DNA of 63,508 bases, filler included, from Octopus bimaculoides (lineage: Eukaryota): the NCBI RefSeq assembly GCF_001194135.2. It is 6 parts of 5 records of this genome, joined end to end, with 100 filler letters (N's around TTAATTAATTAA, not from the genome) between each part and the next. Parts side by side here need not be neighbours in the genome. Positions count along the whole stretch, not along the records: positions 46,291 to 59,602 come from NC_068983.1; positions 59,703 to 61,840 come from NC_068984.1; positions 61,941 to 63,508 come from NC_068996.1; 3 more parts are not named here. One strand, written 5' to 3'. The translations under genes and the position numbers were made by a program. Shown here in pieces: positions 50,455 to 63,508 of the stretch; the first letter of the stretch is position 1; each line of letters starts with the position of its first letter. The notes under the pieces were generated by a model that was given only the letters and a program-made list of their open reading frames with translations, did no database searches and was not told the origin of the DNA.

Positions 50455-50830
50455 TGGTTGTAGGCGTAGATGTGTGGTAAGAAGATTGCTTTCCAATCCC
50501 ATGCTTCCGGGTTCAGTCCCATTGCGTGGCACCTTGGGCAGGTGTCTTCTACTATAGATTCTGGCCGACCAAAACCTAGCGTGCGGATTTCGAAGACATA
50601 AACTAAGAGGCGTCGAGCTGGCAGAACTGTTAGCACGCCGGGCGAAATGCTTAGCGGTATTTCGTCTACCGTTACTTTCTGAGTTCGAATTCCACCGAGG
50701 TCGACTTTGTCTTTCATCCTTCCGGGGTCGATAAATTAAGAACCAGTTACGCACTGGGGTCGACTTAACCCTTTTTGTCTGTCCTTGTTTGTCCCCTCTA
50801 TGTTTAGCGCCTTGTGGGCAATAAAGAAAT
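50455..50830 (+). mobile_element. Two adjacent tRNA-derived SINEs
   Basis: First: ggttcagtcccattgcgtggcaccttgggcaggtgtcttctactatag (also at ~52672-52830 + and ~56135-56300 -). Second: gagctggcagaactgttagc...gagttcgaattccaccgaggtcgac (also ~54180-54430, ~55735-55935 and ~58770-58990 on -). Confidence 0.8.
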
Positions 50831-51414
50831 AAGAAACTAAAAGAAACCCGTTGTATATGTGTGTGTGGGGGTTGTTTGCGCGTGTGTGTATAGATATANN
50901 NNNNNNNNNNNNNNNNNNNNNNNNNNNNNNNNNNNNNNNNNNNNNNNNNNNNNNNNNNNNNNNNNNNNNNNNNNNNNNNNNNNNNNNNNNNNNNNNNNNN
51001 NNNNNNNNNNNNNNNNNNNNNNNNNNNNNNNNNNNNNNNNNNNNNNNNNNNNNNNNNNNNNNNNNNNNNNNNNNNNNNNNNNNNNNNNNNNNNNNNNNNN
51101 NNNNNNNNNNNNNNNNNNNNNNNNNNNNNNNNNNNNNNNNNNNNNNNNNNNNNNNNNNNNNNNNNNNNNNNNNNNNNNNNNNNNNNNNNNNNNNNNNNNN
51201 NNNNNNNNNNNNNNNNNNNNNNNNNNNNNNNNNNNNNNNNNNNNNNNNNNNNNNNNNNNNNNNNNNNNNNNNNNNNNNNNNNNNNNNNNNNNNNNNNNNN
51301 NNNNNTGTGCTATGTGTAATTCCACGAAATAGTTTTCATTAAATGGACGATTAAATTTTCTTTTAATAAGCTATATGATTAACTCTTTTATTAATAACAT
51401 CTTACTGTTATATG

Positions 51415-51461
<47 letters not shown>

Positions 51462-53829
51462 ATATATATATATATATATATATTCGTTTATATGGATTAG
51501 TATATCTGTGGCGGGGTGTATGCGTCATAGTCCGTGTGATTACGTCTCGCTGTCTTCTCTCCGTCTGCAGTTAAATTAAAAATGCACTCACCAATATGTC
51601 TTTCTGGTGAATGGCTATTTATCCTAAATATCACAGCGTTGGCAATAGCTAAGACATGTATCACGTGACATAGAGTAATATGGCTGCCGTTATTTATGTT
51701 TTAGGTCATTGTCACGTGATTGTGACGTGGAGAGAGGGACGGGAATTTCGAGAGTTTTTATTGTTTTTACTTTTTACTCTTTTCGTGGGGTATTTTGACT
51801 GTTACACTCACGCGCGCGCACATACGCAGACACTTATATGTATAGACATAAACACATACATAGTTGCATATATTTGTATAATAGCTTTAGTTATAGTTGC
51901 AAACGTACACACATATATACATATGTACACACGTACACACATATATAAACTAATCATGTGTCTGTGTGTGTGTGTATGCGTATAATTGAAACTATAAGGT
52001 TAACTGAACAGCTTTAATATTAGGAGACAGCCTGGCTGTTGTAACTTTACTTAGGGCGATATAATTGCTATAATTAAGTATTCGGATATGTTTTGTTTTT
52101 ATTTATTTATTTGTTTATCTATTATTATTATTATTGTTGTTGTTGTTGTTAATCGCTTGTTATATTTGATTTCCTCTAATAATTAATTCTATCTTTGGCA
52201 CAAGGCCATTGCATGTATTCGTACTACAGGAATATCACTAAATCAGTCTCCAAATTGTTACCGTAATCGATTATATCGATCACAGGACAAAGATATACAG
52301 ACTTGATTACAGTGTGATCTAAATGCTAAACAATGAAGAAGCTAAAATATAAACGGCAAGGTACCCAAACACCAGTGAGGTGTTTAGAAGTACCTTAGGT
52401 TGGTCCTGCTCTTTTGTTGCCCTGTTTAGAAGTACCCGACCTCCCGCCACTGGTGTTTAATTACTTTTAATGGGATATACTTCGTTGCTACCCTGTTCAG
52501 ATTTATCATTTATTACTTGGGTATCTTTAATGTAACCCACCCGGTGACCAACATTCAAAGCAATGTCTTGCATCTGTGTATAATTTCGTACCCCCAGACA
52601 AATATATTCTGGTATCAGCCGATCCCCTGATCCAATATTTCGGATATATATATATATTTTATTCAGATATAGGCGCAGGAATGGCTGTGTGGTAAGAAGC
52701 TTGCGTCCCAACCACATGGTTCCGGGTTCAGTCCCACTGCATGGCACCTTGGGCAAGTGTCTTCTACTATAGCCTCGAGCCGACCAAAGCCTTATGAGTG
52801 GATTTGGTTGACAGAAACTGAAAGAAGCCCATCGTATATATGTATATATATATATAGATAGATGTTTTCGATCTAGTTTGAATTCTTTGCCATCAAATTT
52901 GAATTATTTGTAATCAAATTTGATTGCAAAGATAGAAAACATCTATATATATATGTTTGTGTGCCTGTATTTGTCCCCCTCACCACCACCATTGTTTGAC
53001 AACCAATTTTGGTGTGTTTTACGTCCCCTTAACTTAGCGGTTAGGCAAAAGAGACTGATAGAGTAGGTACTAAGCTTACTAAGAACAAGTCCTAGAATCA
53101 ATTTGTTCGACTAAAGGCAGCATGACCGCATTCCGTCCTTGACAGACTGACTTCATAATTCCACCTTTGTAAAAATCTTGTGAAGCCCTTGCCTCAGCTG
53201 TTGGAGTATTTGGCTCATGATTGTAAAGTCGTGAGTTCAATTCTTAGAGGCACATTGTGTCCTTGAGCAAGTCACTCTGTTTCACATTGCTCTAGTCCAC
53301 TCAGCTGCCAAATATGAGAAGTATCTGTATTTCAAAGGGGTCAGTCTGTGTTACGCTGTGTTACAATCTGTGTTACGCTGAATTTCCCTGAGAACTGTGT
53401 TGAGGGTATTCGTGTCAGTGGAGTACTCAGCCACTTGTACGTTAATTTTACGAGCTGGCTATTCCCGTTGATCGAAACAAGTGGAATATTCGTCGTCGTA
53501 ACCGACGGAATCCCGGCTTCCTGCTTTTATAAATTGCTTATATTTGTCTTTTTCTTCTTCATGTTATCATGACCAACATAGGCTCCACCACCACCACCAT
53601 CACAACCACCGCCACCACCATCATTAATACCCCGCAACCACCACCACCACCGGCGCCACCTATATAATCACAACCACCACCACTACCCCCGCAACAAATT
53701 TCGAGACAATCTCTATCACCCGGTCTCTATCACCACTGCCGCCACCATTACCCATTATGAATGTATGGGAGTGTGCGTTTGCAGGTGTGTGTGTGTGTAT
53801 GAATGCGTGTATAGCACGCACATGCACAT

Positions 53830-53883
<54 letters not shown>

Positions 53884-54434
53884 AATGTATATATATTACT
53901 CACGACTGTTCCATTCATTCTCTCTGACCGTGAGATATTTCACACACAGACAACATTGAAAGGATTGTTTTCTTCATTCTATCATTGTTACTTAGTCTGG
54001 GAAATAATACACCGGAGGTGTGAGAGAACGACGACGATGATGATGATGATCATGATCATGAAGATGTTGATAAGAATAAGTAATTATGCTTTTATCTACT
54101 TGCATCATGGGAATAATAATAATAATAATAATTATAATAATAATAATAATAATAATAAAAATGATAATCCTTTCTACTAAAGGCACAAGGCCTGAAATTT
54201 TGGGGAAGGGGCCAGTCGATAAGATCGACCCTCAGTACGCAACTTGTACTTAATTTGTCGACCCTGAAAGTATGAAAGGCAAAGTCGACCTCTGCGGAAT
54301 TTGAACGCCGAACGTAAGGACAGACGAAATAACTCTAAGCGTTTCGCCCGGCGTGCTAACGTTTCTTATTTCTTTACTGCCCACAAGGGCATTTCGTCCG
54401 GCGTGCTAACGATTCTGCCAGCTCGCCGCCTTTA

Positions 54435-54478
<44 letters not shown>

Positions 54479-54529
54479 GAATAAGAATAAGAATAATAAT
54501 AATAATAATAATAATAATATAAAAGATGA

Positions 54530-54990
54530 ACTACAACAAATATTCTGCTCAATGCCACAGATCTGCTTGACACTTGTTTGACCTTAACTAGTTGGGCATG
54601 TCCTTTGGTGGCTGACGATATGTGCATATCACGAGCAGAAGTAGTGGGGGAGCATCATAGCCATGTGTTGAGAGGAATTCTTTGGGGTTTGGATAATTCA
54701 CCTTTGGAAACGTGGCTGTTTCGTTTAACATCCTTAAACAACCCTTATTCAGAGACCTTTTGAGTGAGATGGGCTACTCAACTTGAAGAAACTTCTAACT
54801 GGTCCCCACCTACGAGGTCATGCGCTGTTTATCTTAATATGAGATTACCATGTCGTGTACATATGGTTGTGATGCATGTGTCTGGTGTACACTTAGCAGA
54901 CGAGTAGTCATGATGGGTATATTGGGCTTCGTATATTTGTACCCCAGTGTCACTTTGATGGCATGCACAGCTCTCTTACTCAATGATAAT
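54530..54990 (-). repeat. Unclassified ~450-bp interspersed-repeat-like block between (AAT)n tracts
   Basis: Complex, relatively GC-rich block bounded by simple repeats amid SINE copies. No ORF was recognised, and the class is not determined. Confidence 0.35.
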
Positions 54991-55933
54991 AATAATTATT
55001 ATTGCCATTATTATTTAACCACGGGGCCATGGATAAGGGGAACAGCATAAGGAAATTCAACAATGTGTGTGGGGAATTTAGGTAAAAGATGGGGAGAAAG
55101 AAATGGAAAAGGCAATGAAATTCGATATACATAGCATAGACAGTATATGAACACATAAAAGCTGCAGTCCTCCTTATACAACCAAGGTTAAGCAAGAAAT
55201 CCCACAGATCTAAAATTACCCTAACCACCAAAGGTACGCGCCCTCTCTCCTGCTCTCCAATCTACAGGTGCTTACTTACTTACTCCAACCATTTTTGTCA
55301 CAGTCACCTGTCTTCTCACAATTTCACTGGAAGGTGGCACTTTCCTCACCACCCTCTCGTTCTTTTCCAAGCGGAACTTAAAAGTCGATGAGAGCTTGAC
55401 CGAAGAGGAAGGTGTCTTTCCTCAATCATTTCAGCCTCGTCCACAGTAACTTTTTTCACCATAGCCACCAGACAAAGGAATACCGCCTGCCCTGCCTTAT
55501 TAAAAGTGAGTGGTGGGGTAACGCTCACGGTGGATGCGGCCGCTTGCCAGATTCATCCTACACACGAGAACGGATGCTCTACCAAGTCAAGGATTTCTCG
55601 AAGTCATCCATGATAGTTGCCGGTCCGATAATCCTCTAAAACAGTCCAGCTGGTTCCTCCACGTTGACTCCTAGAGTTTCCTCGAGAACCTCATCGCTCT
55701 TAACCACTTCTAGATAATGATAATTATTATTTCAAAATTTTGCCATAACGGCAGCTTGGGGGAGGTGGGTTTGAGTCGATTAGATCGACCCCAGTGCTCA
55801 ACTGGTACTTATTTTATCGACTCCGAAAGGATGAAAAACAAAGTCGATCTCGGCGAACTCAGAACGTAGCGACGGGCGAAATACCACTAAGCATTTTGAC
55901 CAGTGTGCTAACGATTCTGCCATTTCGCCTCTC

Positions 55934-55976
<43 letters not shown>

Positions 55977-56082
55977 GCAAGATGTAGTTTGAGCACAGAC
56001 CGCAGAGAGTGAAAGAGTCGGAGACTAGCAAAATCCCCTGAGATTTCCCAATCTAAACACATCAGGACAAATACAGACACAA

Positions 56083-56118
<36 letters not shown>

Positions 56119-56353
56119 TTATATATACACATTTATACGACGGGCTTCTTTCAATTTCCGTCTACCAAATCCACTCACAAGCCTTTGGTTAGCCCGATGC
56201 TACATTAGAAGACACTTGCCCAAGGTGTCACGTAGTGGGACTGAACCCGAAACCATGTAGTTGGGAAGCGAGCTTCTTACGACACATCCACGCTTGCGCC
56301 TATAGTAAGCTATTCACACATTTTACATATACAAATCATAAATATAAATATAC

Positions 56354-56386
<33 letters not shown>

Positions 56387-57254
56387 GAAACAGAGACAGA
56401 TTAAGGGAATTGAAGAACGCAGGATGGCTCTGAAAACGGCTTAGAAAATCAGGTAAAATACCCTTAGAAGTCGGTGGTGGGAAAAAAGTGGCCAGCAAGC
56501 CTACATGCGTGTGAGTTCCTGCTTGTGCTTGTCTTCTCCCCACCACTACCACCACTGCTTGACAACTGGTGTTGGTTTGTTTACGTTCCTGTTAAACTAG
56601 CGATTCGGCAATGGTACTGAAAGTCGATTCGTTCACCTGAAAATTTTCCAAAGCCGTGCCCCAGCATGGCCTCAGGGAAATGAATGAAATAGTTAAAAGA
56701 TAAAAAGATATATACAGAGAGAGAGAGAGAGAAAGAAAGAGTGAGGAAGTATCATTGATATTGTTTTCTCACTCAATCTCAAACATGGCGTCCGGTCACA
56801 CTTCCTTTCTATTGTTCTTCCAAAACATTTTTTTTTTCTTTATTACTTTGTCTTTTGTAGAGTTTATTTTCTCTGCCTTTCCTTCCAGTTCTTTTGAATT
56901 CTCACCCTTTCTATTCTGTGAATGTGTCTGTCTATGTGAATGCCTGTGTATATGTGTATGCCAATGTGAGTGCGATTGATTGTGCATGTGTGTGTGTCTT
57001 GTTTGACATTCCCTGAGTGCTTATCACTGTATTCCTTTCTCTCCCTCTCGGCATTCGCGAATAAGCGATTGTATACATAAATGAATACTCTCAAACACAA
57101 ACACACACATACACCCACACATATACACAAACCTCCTGATTTCCGGATTATATATGTATATACGTGTGTGTGTGTGTAACAGATATATCAATGCAAGCGT
57201 ACGCACATACATACATATGTATGTACGTATATATGTATGTATCTATATATGTAT

Positions 57255-58540
57255 ATCATTCAGTTTATTTCAAGATTTCTTGCCAATAGAGAAAGAACCG
57301 GTTTCTAACCTAGATCCAAGGTTCCTTCATTGCATTTCAACATCAACAACAGGGTATTTTTGTATGTATGTATGTATGCATGTGCAGATTTGTATGTTTT
57401 ATTATGTATTCTCGTGCATATAGTTGCATATCTAGATATGCTCATATATATATATTTAAATGATAAACTTCTGGAAAGTTTTACAGTTCCAGTGATGGAT
57501 TGGATCTATAGTCTTTGAATTAGTCGTATGGACTCGGTTGAGAACAACTGATTTAGGATATGATTGTTACACAGTAACGGTCATAGTCGTCTACGAATGC
57601 GTGCAGATTTGTGTTTTCCTTTATGTTTATCTACTCATGCATATATTTGCATATCTAAGCATGCTCATATATATTTAAATGATAAACTTCTGGAAAGTGT
57701 TACAGATTGTTACAATTCCAGTGATGGATTGAATCTGTAGTCTTCGAATTAGCTTCCTCCTTTCTGGTTTTGAGAAGCCTAAATTCTCAAGATTGATATT
57801 TAGGCAGTGTGTTACATATCGCTTGTGTTAATGTATGTATGTATAATGCATGCATGTATGTATGTATGTATGTATGTGCTGATTTGTATGTTTTATGTAT
57901 GTATTCTCATGCATAGAGTTACATATCTAGACATGCTCATATATATTTAAATGATAAACTTCTGGAAAGTTTTACAATTTTTCACAATTCCAGTGATGGA
58001 TTGGATCTGTAGTCTTCCACCTTTCTGGTTTTGAGAAGCCTAATTTCTTAAGATTGATATTTAGGCTGTGTGTTACATATCCCAGCGCGCCAATAATTAC
58101 AGGTATAAATCTGAACTTTCAATCTGTCTGTCTGTATGTTTGTATGTATGTATGTATGTCATTATTCAGTTTATTTCAAGATTTCTTGCCAAAAGAGAAA
58201 GAACCGGTTCCTAACCTAGATCCAAGGTTCCTCCATTGAAATTTCAACATCAACAACAGAGTATTTTTGTATGTATGTATGTATGCATATATGCATGTAT
58301 ATATATGAACGAATGCGTGTAGATTTTTGTTTTGTTTTATGTTTATCCTTTCCTGCATATAATTGCATATCTAGACATGCTCATATATATTTAAATGATA
58401 AACGTCTGGAAAGTTTCACAGATTTTTACAGTTCCAGCAATGGATTGAATCTGTAGTCTTCGAATTAGCTTCCTCCTTTCTGGTTTTGAGAAGCCTAATT
58501 TCTCAAGATTGATATTTAGGCAGTGTTTTACATATCCCAA
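57255..58540. repeat. Locally amplified repeat: four imperfect tandem copies of a 150-250-bp module
   Basis: ctcatatatatttaaatgataaac.tctggaaagt...acagttccag..atggattg occurs at ~57441, ~57664, ~57936 and ~58380. The block gatttcttgccaa.agagaaagaaccgg occurs at ~57273 and ~58180. Confidence 0.85.
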
Positions 58541-59530
58541 TTACACTTGCGCTCCATACTTGCGCTCAAAGCCCAACCGCTCGTCCTCGTCGTGAGAGAT
58601 GGAAACAGGTAAAGCTATGGTGAAGTTGAATGGGCTAATCATCCGTGCAATGGATTTTCAAATTGATTACGAAAACACTGATGGTTGACAAGTCTTGTAT
58701 TAATTTACCAACCGAAGGTTTCCAGAGTCAAAGGTGTTTTATATATATGTATCAGTATATATTTATTATTTCCTTACTGCCCACAAGGGGCTACACACAG
58801 AGGGGACAGACAAACGGATTAAGTCAATTATATGGAACCAAGTGCGTAACTGGTACTTATTTAATCGACCTCGAAAGGATGAAAGACATAGTCGACCCGG
58901 CGGAATTTGAACTCAGAACGTAGCAGCAGACGAAATACCGCTAAGCATTTCGCTCGGCGTGCTAACGTTTCTGCCAGCTCGCCGTCTTAATCTGTATATA
59001 TTTCTATGTATGTATGTATGTATGTATATGTCTATATATTTATGCGTGTGTGCGCGCGCATGAAACCACATACGTGCACATGCGTATGCGTCCATGTGTT
59101 CGAGTGCATATGCATATTTCTCTATATCTACCTAAATATTTAACCTACAAATATATATATATATATATATATGCTTTCCTCCTCCAGCCCATTTTTCGTC
59201 ACGCACGAATGCACACACGTTCAGAGTACGTGCACAGAACATGACCCCATACGACGCAATCAAACAATAACGCAACAATCCCTTCCCCCCCTCGCCGATG
59301 TCCATGCGTTAACGTAACACACGTGCACACGCATGTGTAATGACAATACGTGACGTCATCGTTATGCTACCACATACCTCAGCACGTGCAACAGGATTCT
59401 TGCAGTATGCATTGAGCAAACACTTCCTCTTCTATCTTTCAATATTTGATTTGTAAATTCTTAAGAAACGGAATCTCTCTCTGTCACTCACTCTCTCTTA
59501 TTCTCTCTGTCTCTCTCTCTCTCTCTCTCC

Positions 59531-59561
<31 letters not shown>

Positions 59562-59571
59562 CATATGTCTA

Positions 59572-59602
<31 letters not shown>

Positions 59603-60390
59603 NNNNNNNNNNNNNNNNNNNNNNNNNNNNNNNNNNNNNNNNNNNNTTAATTAATTAANNNNNNNNNNNNNNNNNNNNNNNNNNNNNNNNNNNNNNNNNN
59701 NNTATACATATATATATATATATGCATATGTGGGCACAGGACGTCACGAGGCGAGTACAGCAAAAAATACGAAGTACGAGTACATGGAATATGAACTATT
59801 TTTTCGAACAATGAAAGACACAAATGGGGGGAAACAAGACAAACAACATAAAGAACGACTCTTCATCAGTTGTTGGTTGTTTTTTTTCTACTCTCGTATG
59901 TCGAGCATTTAACAACAATATACGCTTTCGATAAAACAGTTGCTCCCGCAAAGCAAATTATATAAAATTTTGAATTTTGCGGAGGGTCAAAATTGGCAAC
60001 ACAAACAGGACAGTGAAAACAAACAGGAAGGGCTGCTAAGCCTCAATGAGATTGTGGTGGCGAACGCATAAATGAAGCTTGGACAGAAGACAGACAAGAA
60101 CACGTCTTCATTGTTCCAGCTATAACGGACTGAAAGAAACACAGGTTGGGAGAAGAAAGAAAGATGGCCGATGGTCATGTGGGAGCCACGTGAACAAGGG
60201 AGGAGGAGTGAAGGAGAGAGATTTACAGAGTAATAGGATAGAATAGTGGGAGAATAGGAGGTAAAAGAATCAGAGACAGAAAGAGAGAAGAACGAAAGAG
60301 TGAAAAGATCATATAGAGTGTGCATCAGAATTATTAAGATAAAACTTACTTGGAAGAAGATGCGTACCGTTCAATCATATAATAATATTA

Positions 60391-60439
<49 letters not shown>

Positions 60440-60440
<1 letters not shown>

Positions 60441-61117
60441 CAGAGAAAGTTGCTATGGTGCTACCTGTTCAGAGCCTTATGCAAAGTTGCTGGGAAAGGA
60501 GTGTGTAAGAGGCACACTAGCATACGGTTTTTACGATGGACAAAAAATATCGATAGCGACGAACGTTCTGGGAGACCACCGACCAGCATAACTGAGAAAA
60601 ACATCGCAGATGTGCGTACAGCTATGAGAGGAAATCGTCGAATCCCCATCCATAAGTTAATTGAGGATCTGCAGATTAGTTACGGTTCCGTTCAGTCAAT
60701 TATTATTGAAGATTTGGGCATAAGTCTCATGTCTGCCATGTTTATGCCGAGATTGCTTTCAGCTGACTAAAAATACACTTGGGTCTCATTTGCACAAGAT
60801 CTCGTTGATTCTGGCTAGAACGATGAAAACCTTTTGAAAACTGTGCGTAGGTCACTGAGCAGGTACCGCCAAGTATTTTGCAAAATTTGATGCAAAGTCT
60901 ATACTCAACTTTTTCTGTCGTGGTCAATACAACGTTCACACGTTACATACATTCCTTCCAGACACTGCTGTGAATACCAGAAGGGAGCTAGAACGTTAAA
61001 ACTTAGTGCACATACACAACAGAGTTCAGGATCAGTATGTACCAAGCGGCTTCACACTACGTGCTGTAGCTTAGTTATTATGGTGACAGACCGGATACTT
61101 ATTGATGAGATCACGTA
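60440..61117. mobile_element. Rearranged mariner remnant (5' end and TIR on -, HTH region on +)
   Basis: + strand: DSDERSGRPPTS...ISYGSVQSIIIEDLG...FMPRLLS. - strand: TEKVEYRLCIKFCKILGGTCS with TIR TA|cgtgatctcatcaataagtatccgg ending at 61115. Confidence 0.75.
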
Positions 61118-61158
61118 GCAAAAGGGTAAAATTAATAACAAAAAACACGTTTTTAGAG

Positions 61159-61680
61159 AGTAGAATGGTACTAACCTTTAGGAAAGAACTTCACAAATTG
61201 TGTGTAGGCTTTAATAAATGTGCAAGCGCTTCAGTTCTCAACGTTATCAAGCACGTGTTATGTCTCTTGTATACATCGGAAGTTGTTTTAGGTAAAGTTG
61301 TTGATTATTTCCGGTTTAAACAAAAGCCAAATTAACCAACCGAGTAAATGTGCGTAAACACCAAGGAAAATATCCCTCGCTTAGATGCATACCATGCAGC
61401 GCGCACTTAAATACCTGCGCACAAGGAAAATGCACAATATTCCCCTTCTATAAAATAAATGAATAAAACGTCCTATACCGAAATGCAAAAGAATATTTTA
61501 TGAGGTTTCTGAATCTGAAATTAAACCGAAAATAATCAACAACTTTACCTGAAGAACTTCCCTTATTTACAGTAGCTATAACACGTGCTTGATTATGTTG
61601 ATAACTGAAAGCGCTTGCACGTATATTAAAGCTTACATACAATTTGTTATGTCCCTTCTAAAGATTTATACTATTCTACT
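61159..61680. repeat. Fold-back element with ~160-bp inverted arms
   Basis: 61159-61319 vs 61521-61680, e.g. ggtaaagttgttgattatttccggtttaa vs the reverse complement ggtaaagttgttgattattttcggtttaa. Confidence 0.8.
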
Positions 61681-61940
61681 TACTGCTAAGTGTGTTTCTT
61701 AATCCTACCGTTTTGAAAACAATCTTTCTCTCAATACACACACACATACACACACACACACACCCACCCACACATACATACATACATACATACATACACA
61801 CACACACATACATACACACACACACACACGCACACACACANNNNNNNNNNNNNNNNNNNNNNNNNNNNNNNNNNNNNNNNNNNNTTAATTAATTAANNNN
61901 NNNNNNNNNNNNNNNNNNNNNNNNNNNNNNNNNNNNNNNN

Positions 61941-61983
<43 letters not shown>

Positions 61984-62344
61984 CACACACACACACACAT
62001 ACACAACGTTTTGTTTATATTGCGTCACAAAAACAAACAAAATATATATTTCGTAATGTCATAACATTCAACATGCGTGTAGAAATTACGGATGTATGTT
62101 TATATATACGCGGGTGCGTTTGAGCGAAACCATGTACCGGTGTTTGTAGAAAAGTCAAGGATTCTTTCAGTCACACACCCACACATACACAGTTACACGT
62201 TTAGACATATATATATATATATATATACAAATACGTATGTATACAAACGTACATGGAATAGTATTATAAAACATCCTTTTGATATATATACATATATATA
62301 TACATACACATACATATACACACATATATGCATAAATACATATT

Positions 62345-62388
<44 letters not shown>

Positions 62389-62792
62389 TATATTCATATA
62401 TATATACATGCGTTGATATGTATACACATATCTAAATACTGATACATACTCACACATATTCATACATATATATGTGCACACAAACACACACACACATTAT
62501 GTGTATGCATATAAGAAATATATGTATGAGTATATGTGCATATTAGCATATACACATTTAATACTTATATATATACACAAAAATTTATTATATATATTAT
62601 GCATTTGTAATACACATTGATATGCGTGCGGGTGTGCATATATGTGTATATTTACCATACACACACAAACACATACCTACAAACATACTATCGTGCATAC
62701 ATACATACATGCATACACACATACCAACGTACATACATACATTACTTATTTACATGTATATAAAAGTATGTGTGTGTGTCTACGAGTGTGTG

Positions 62793-62890
<98 letters not shown>

Positions 62891-63410
62891 CACATGGGGT
62901 GGCTGTATGTCTGAGTGAGTGTGTGTGTGTAGGTTTCTTTGCATGTGAACATGTACATATATATTTATATGTTATTGTATACATAACTTTTAAAAACACT
63001 CACAAAAACTCACACATATAATATATATACTCGTAGACACACAGTCATATATACAATTATATACATATATGTATGTATATGTCCATGTATGTATGTATAT
63101 ATGTATATACGATGGCATGTATGTAAATATGTATGCATGTATGTATTAATGAATGCATGTATGTATGCATGCATGATGGCATGTTTATATGTATGTGTGT
63201 CTATATCTATAGATCTTTCAGCTTATTCGCTATCATGACACTGTCGAATATCCACCGAAAACCGCTATGTCGTTATCAAAATTTCCCATTTGGAATATTA
63301 AGTAATCCTTCTGTTTTTATGTTACATTGTTTTTAATTGTAAGTGTGTGATTAAAATGTGTGAGTTCGTGCAAATGCTTATTTACTTACACACAGACACA
63401 CAGACAGACA

Positions 63411-63448
<38 letters not shown>

Positions 63449-63476
63449 TATATATATATATATATTATATATTTTA

Positions 63477-63508
<32 letters not shown>

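Noticed and set aside
50615-50700. tRNA-like A and B boxes
   Set aside because: No cloverleaf. They are part of a multi-copy SINE head, so no tRNA gene was called.
52367-52458. 11-bp inverted repeat aaacaccagtg/cactggtgttt with internal direct repeat tgtttagaagtacc
   Set aside because: Too short, with no matching TSD. It is probably a small transposon relic and cannot be classified.

Overview
AT-rich, microsatellite-dense, gap-ridden eukaryotic scaffold. The SINE families and simple-repeat landscape suggest a coleoid cephalopod, probably Octopus (inference). It holds two host genes in convergent orientation: a two-coding-exon F-box/LRR gene (+, 1227-7642) and an intronless class III POU homeobox gene (-, 27177-28511). 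The remaining ~35 kb upstream of POU3 is a gene desert. The window is filled with decayed mobile DNA: tRNA-derived SINEs, CRE-like, L1/Tx1, CR1/L2-like, RTE and Penelope retroelement fragments, a Ty3/Gypsy remnant, Tc1, mariner, Tigger and Merlin-like remnants, hAT MITEs and a Helitron. The most unusual signal is at ~49157-49760, about 20 kb upstream of POU3. It is a heavily diverged 31-bp tandem array in which only a (T)GGATTA core is preserved (18 cores, 11 of 17 spacings exactly 31 bp, about 3 helical turns). This looks like selection on a phased binding-site array. Other notable items are a hammerhead ribozyme with an intact core and an 84-nt helix II insertion, an inverted telomeric-repeat junction, a 72-bp perfect palindrome, and several fold-back elements. 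All calls are by eye, with no database searches run.
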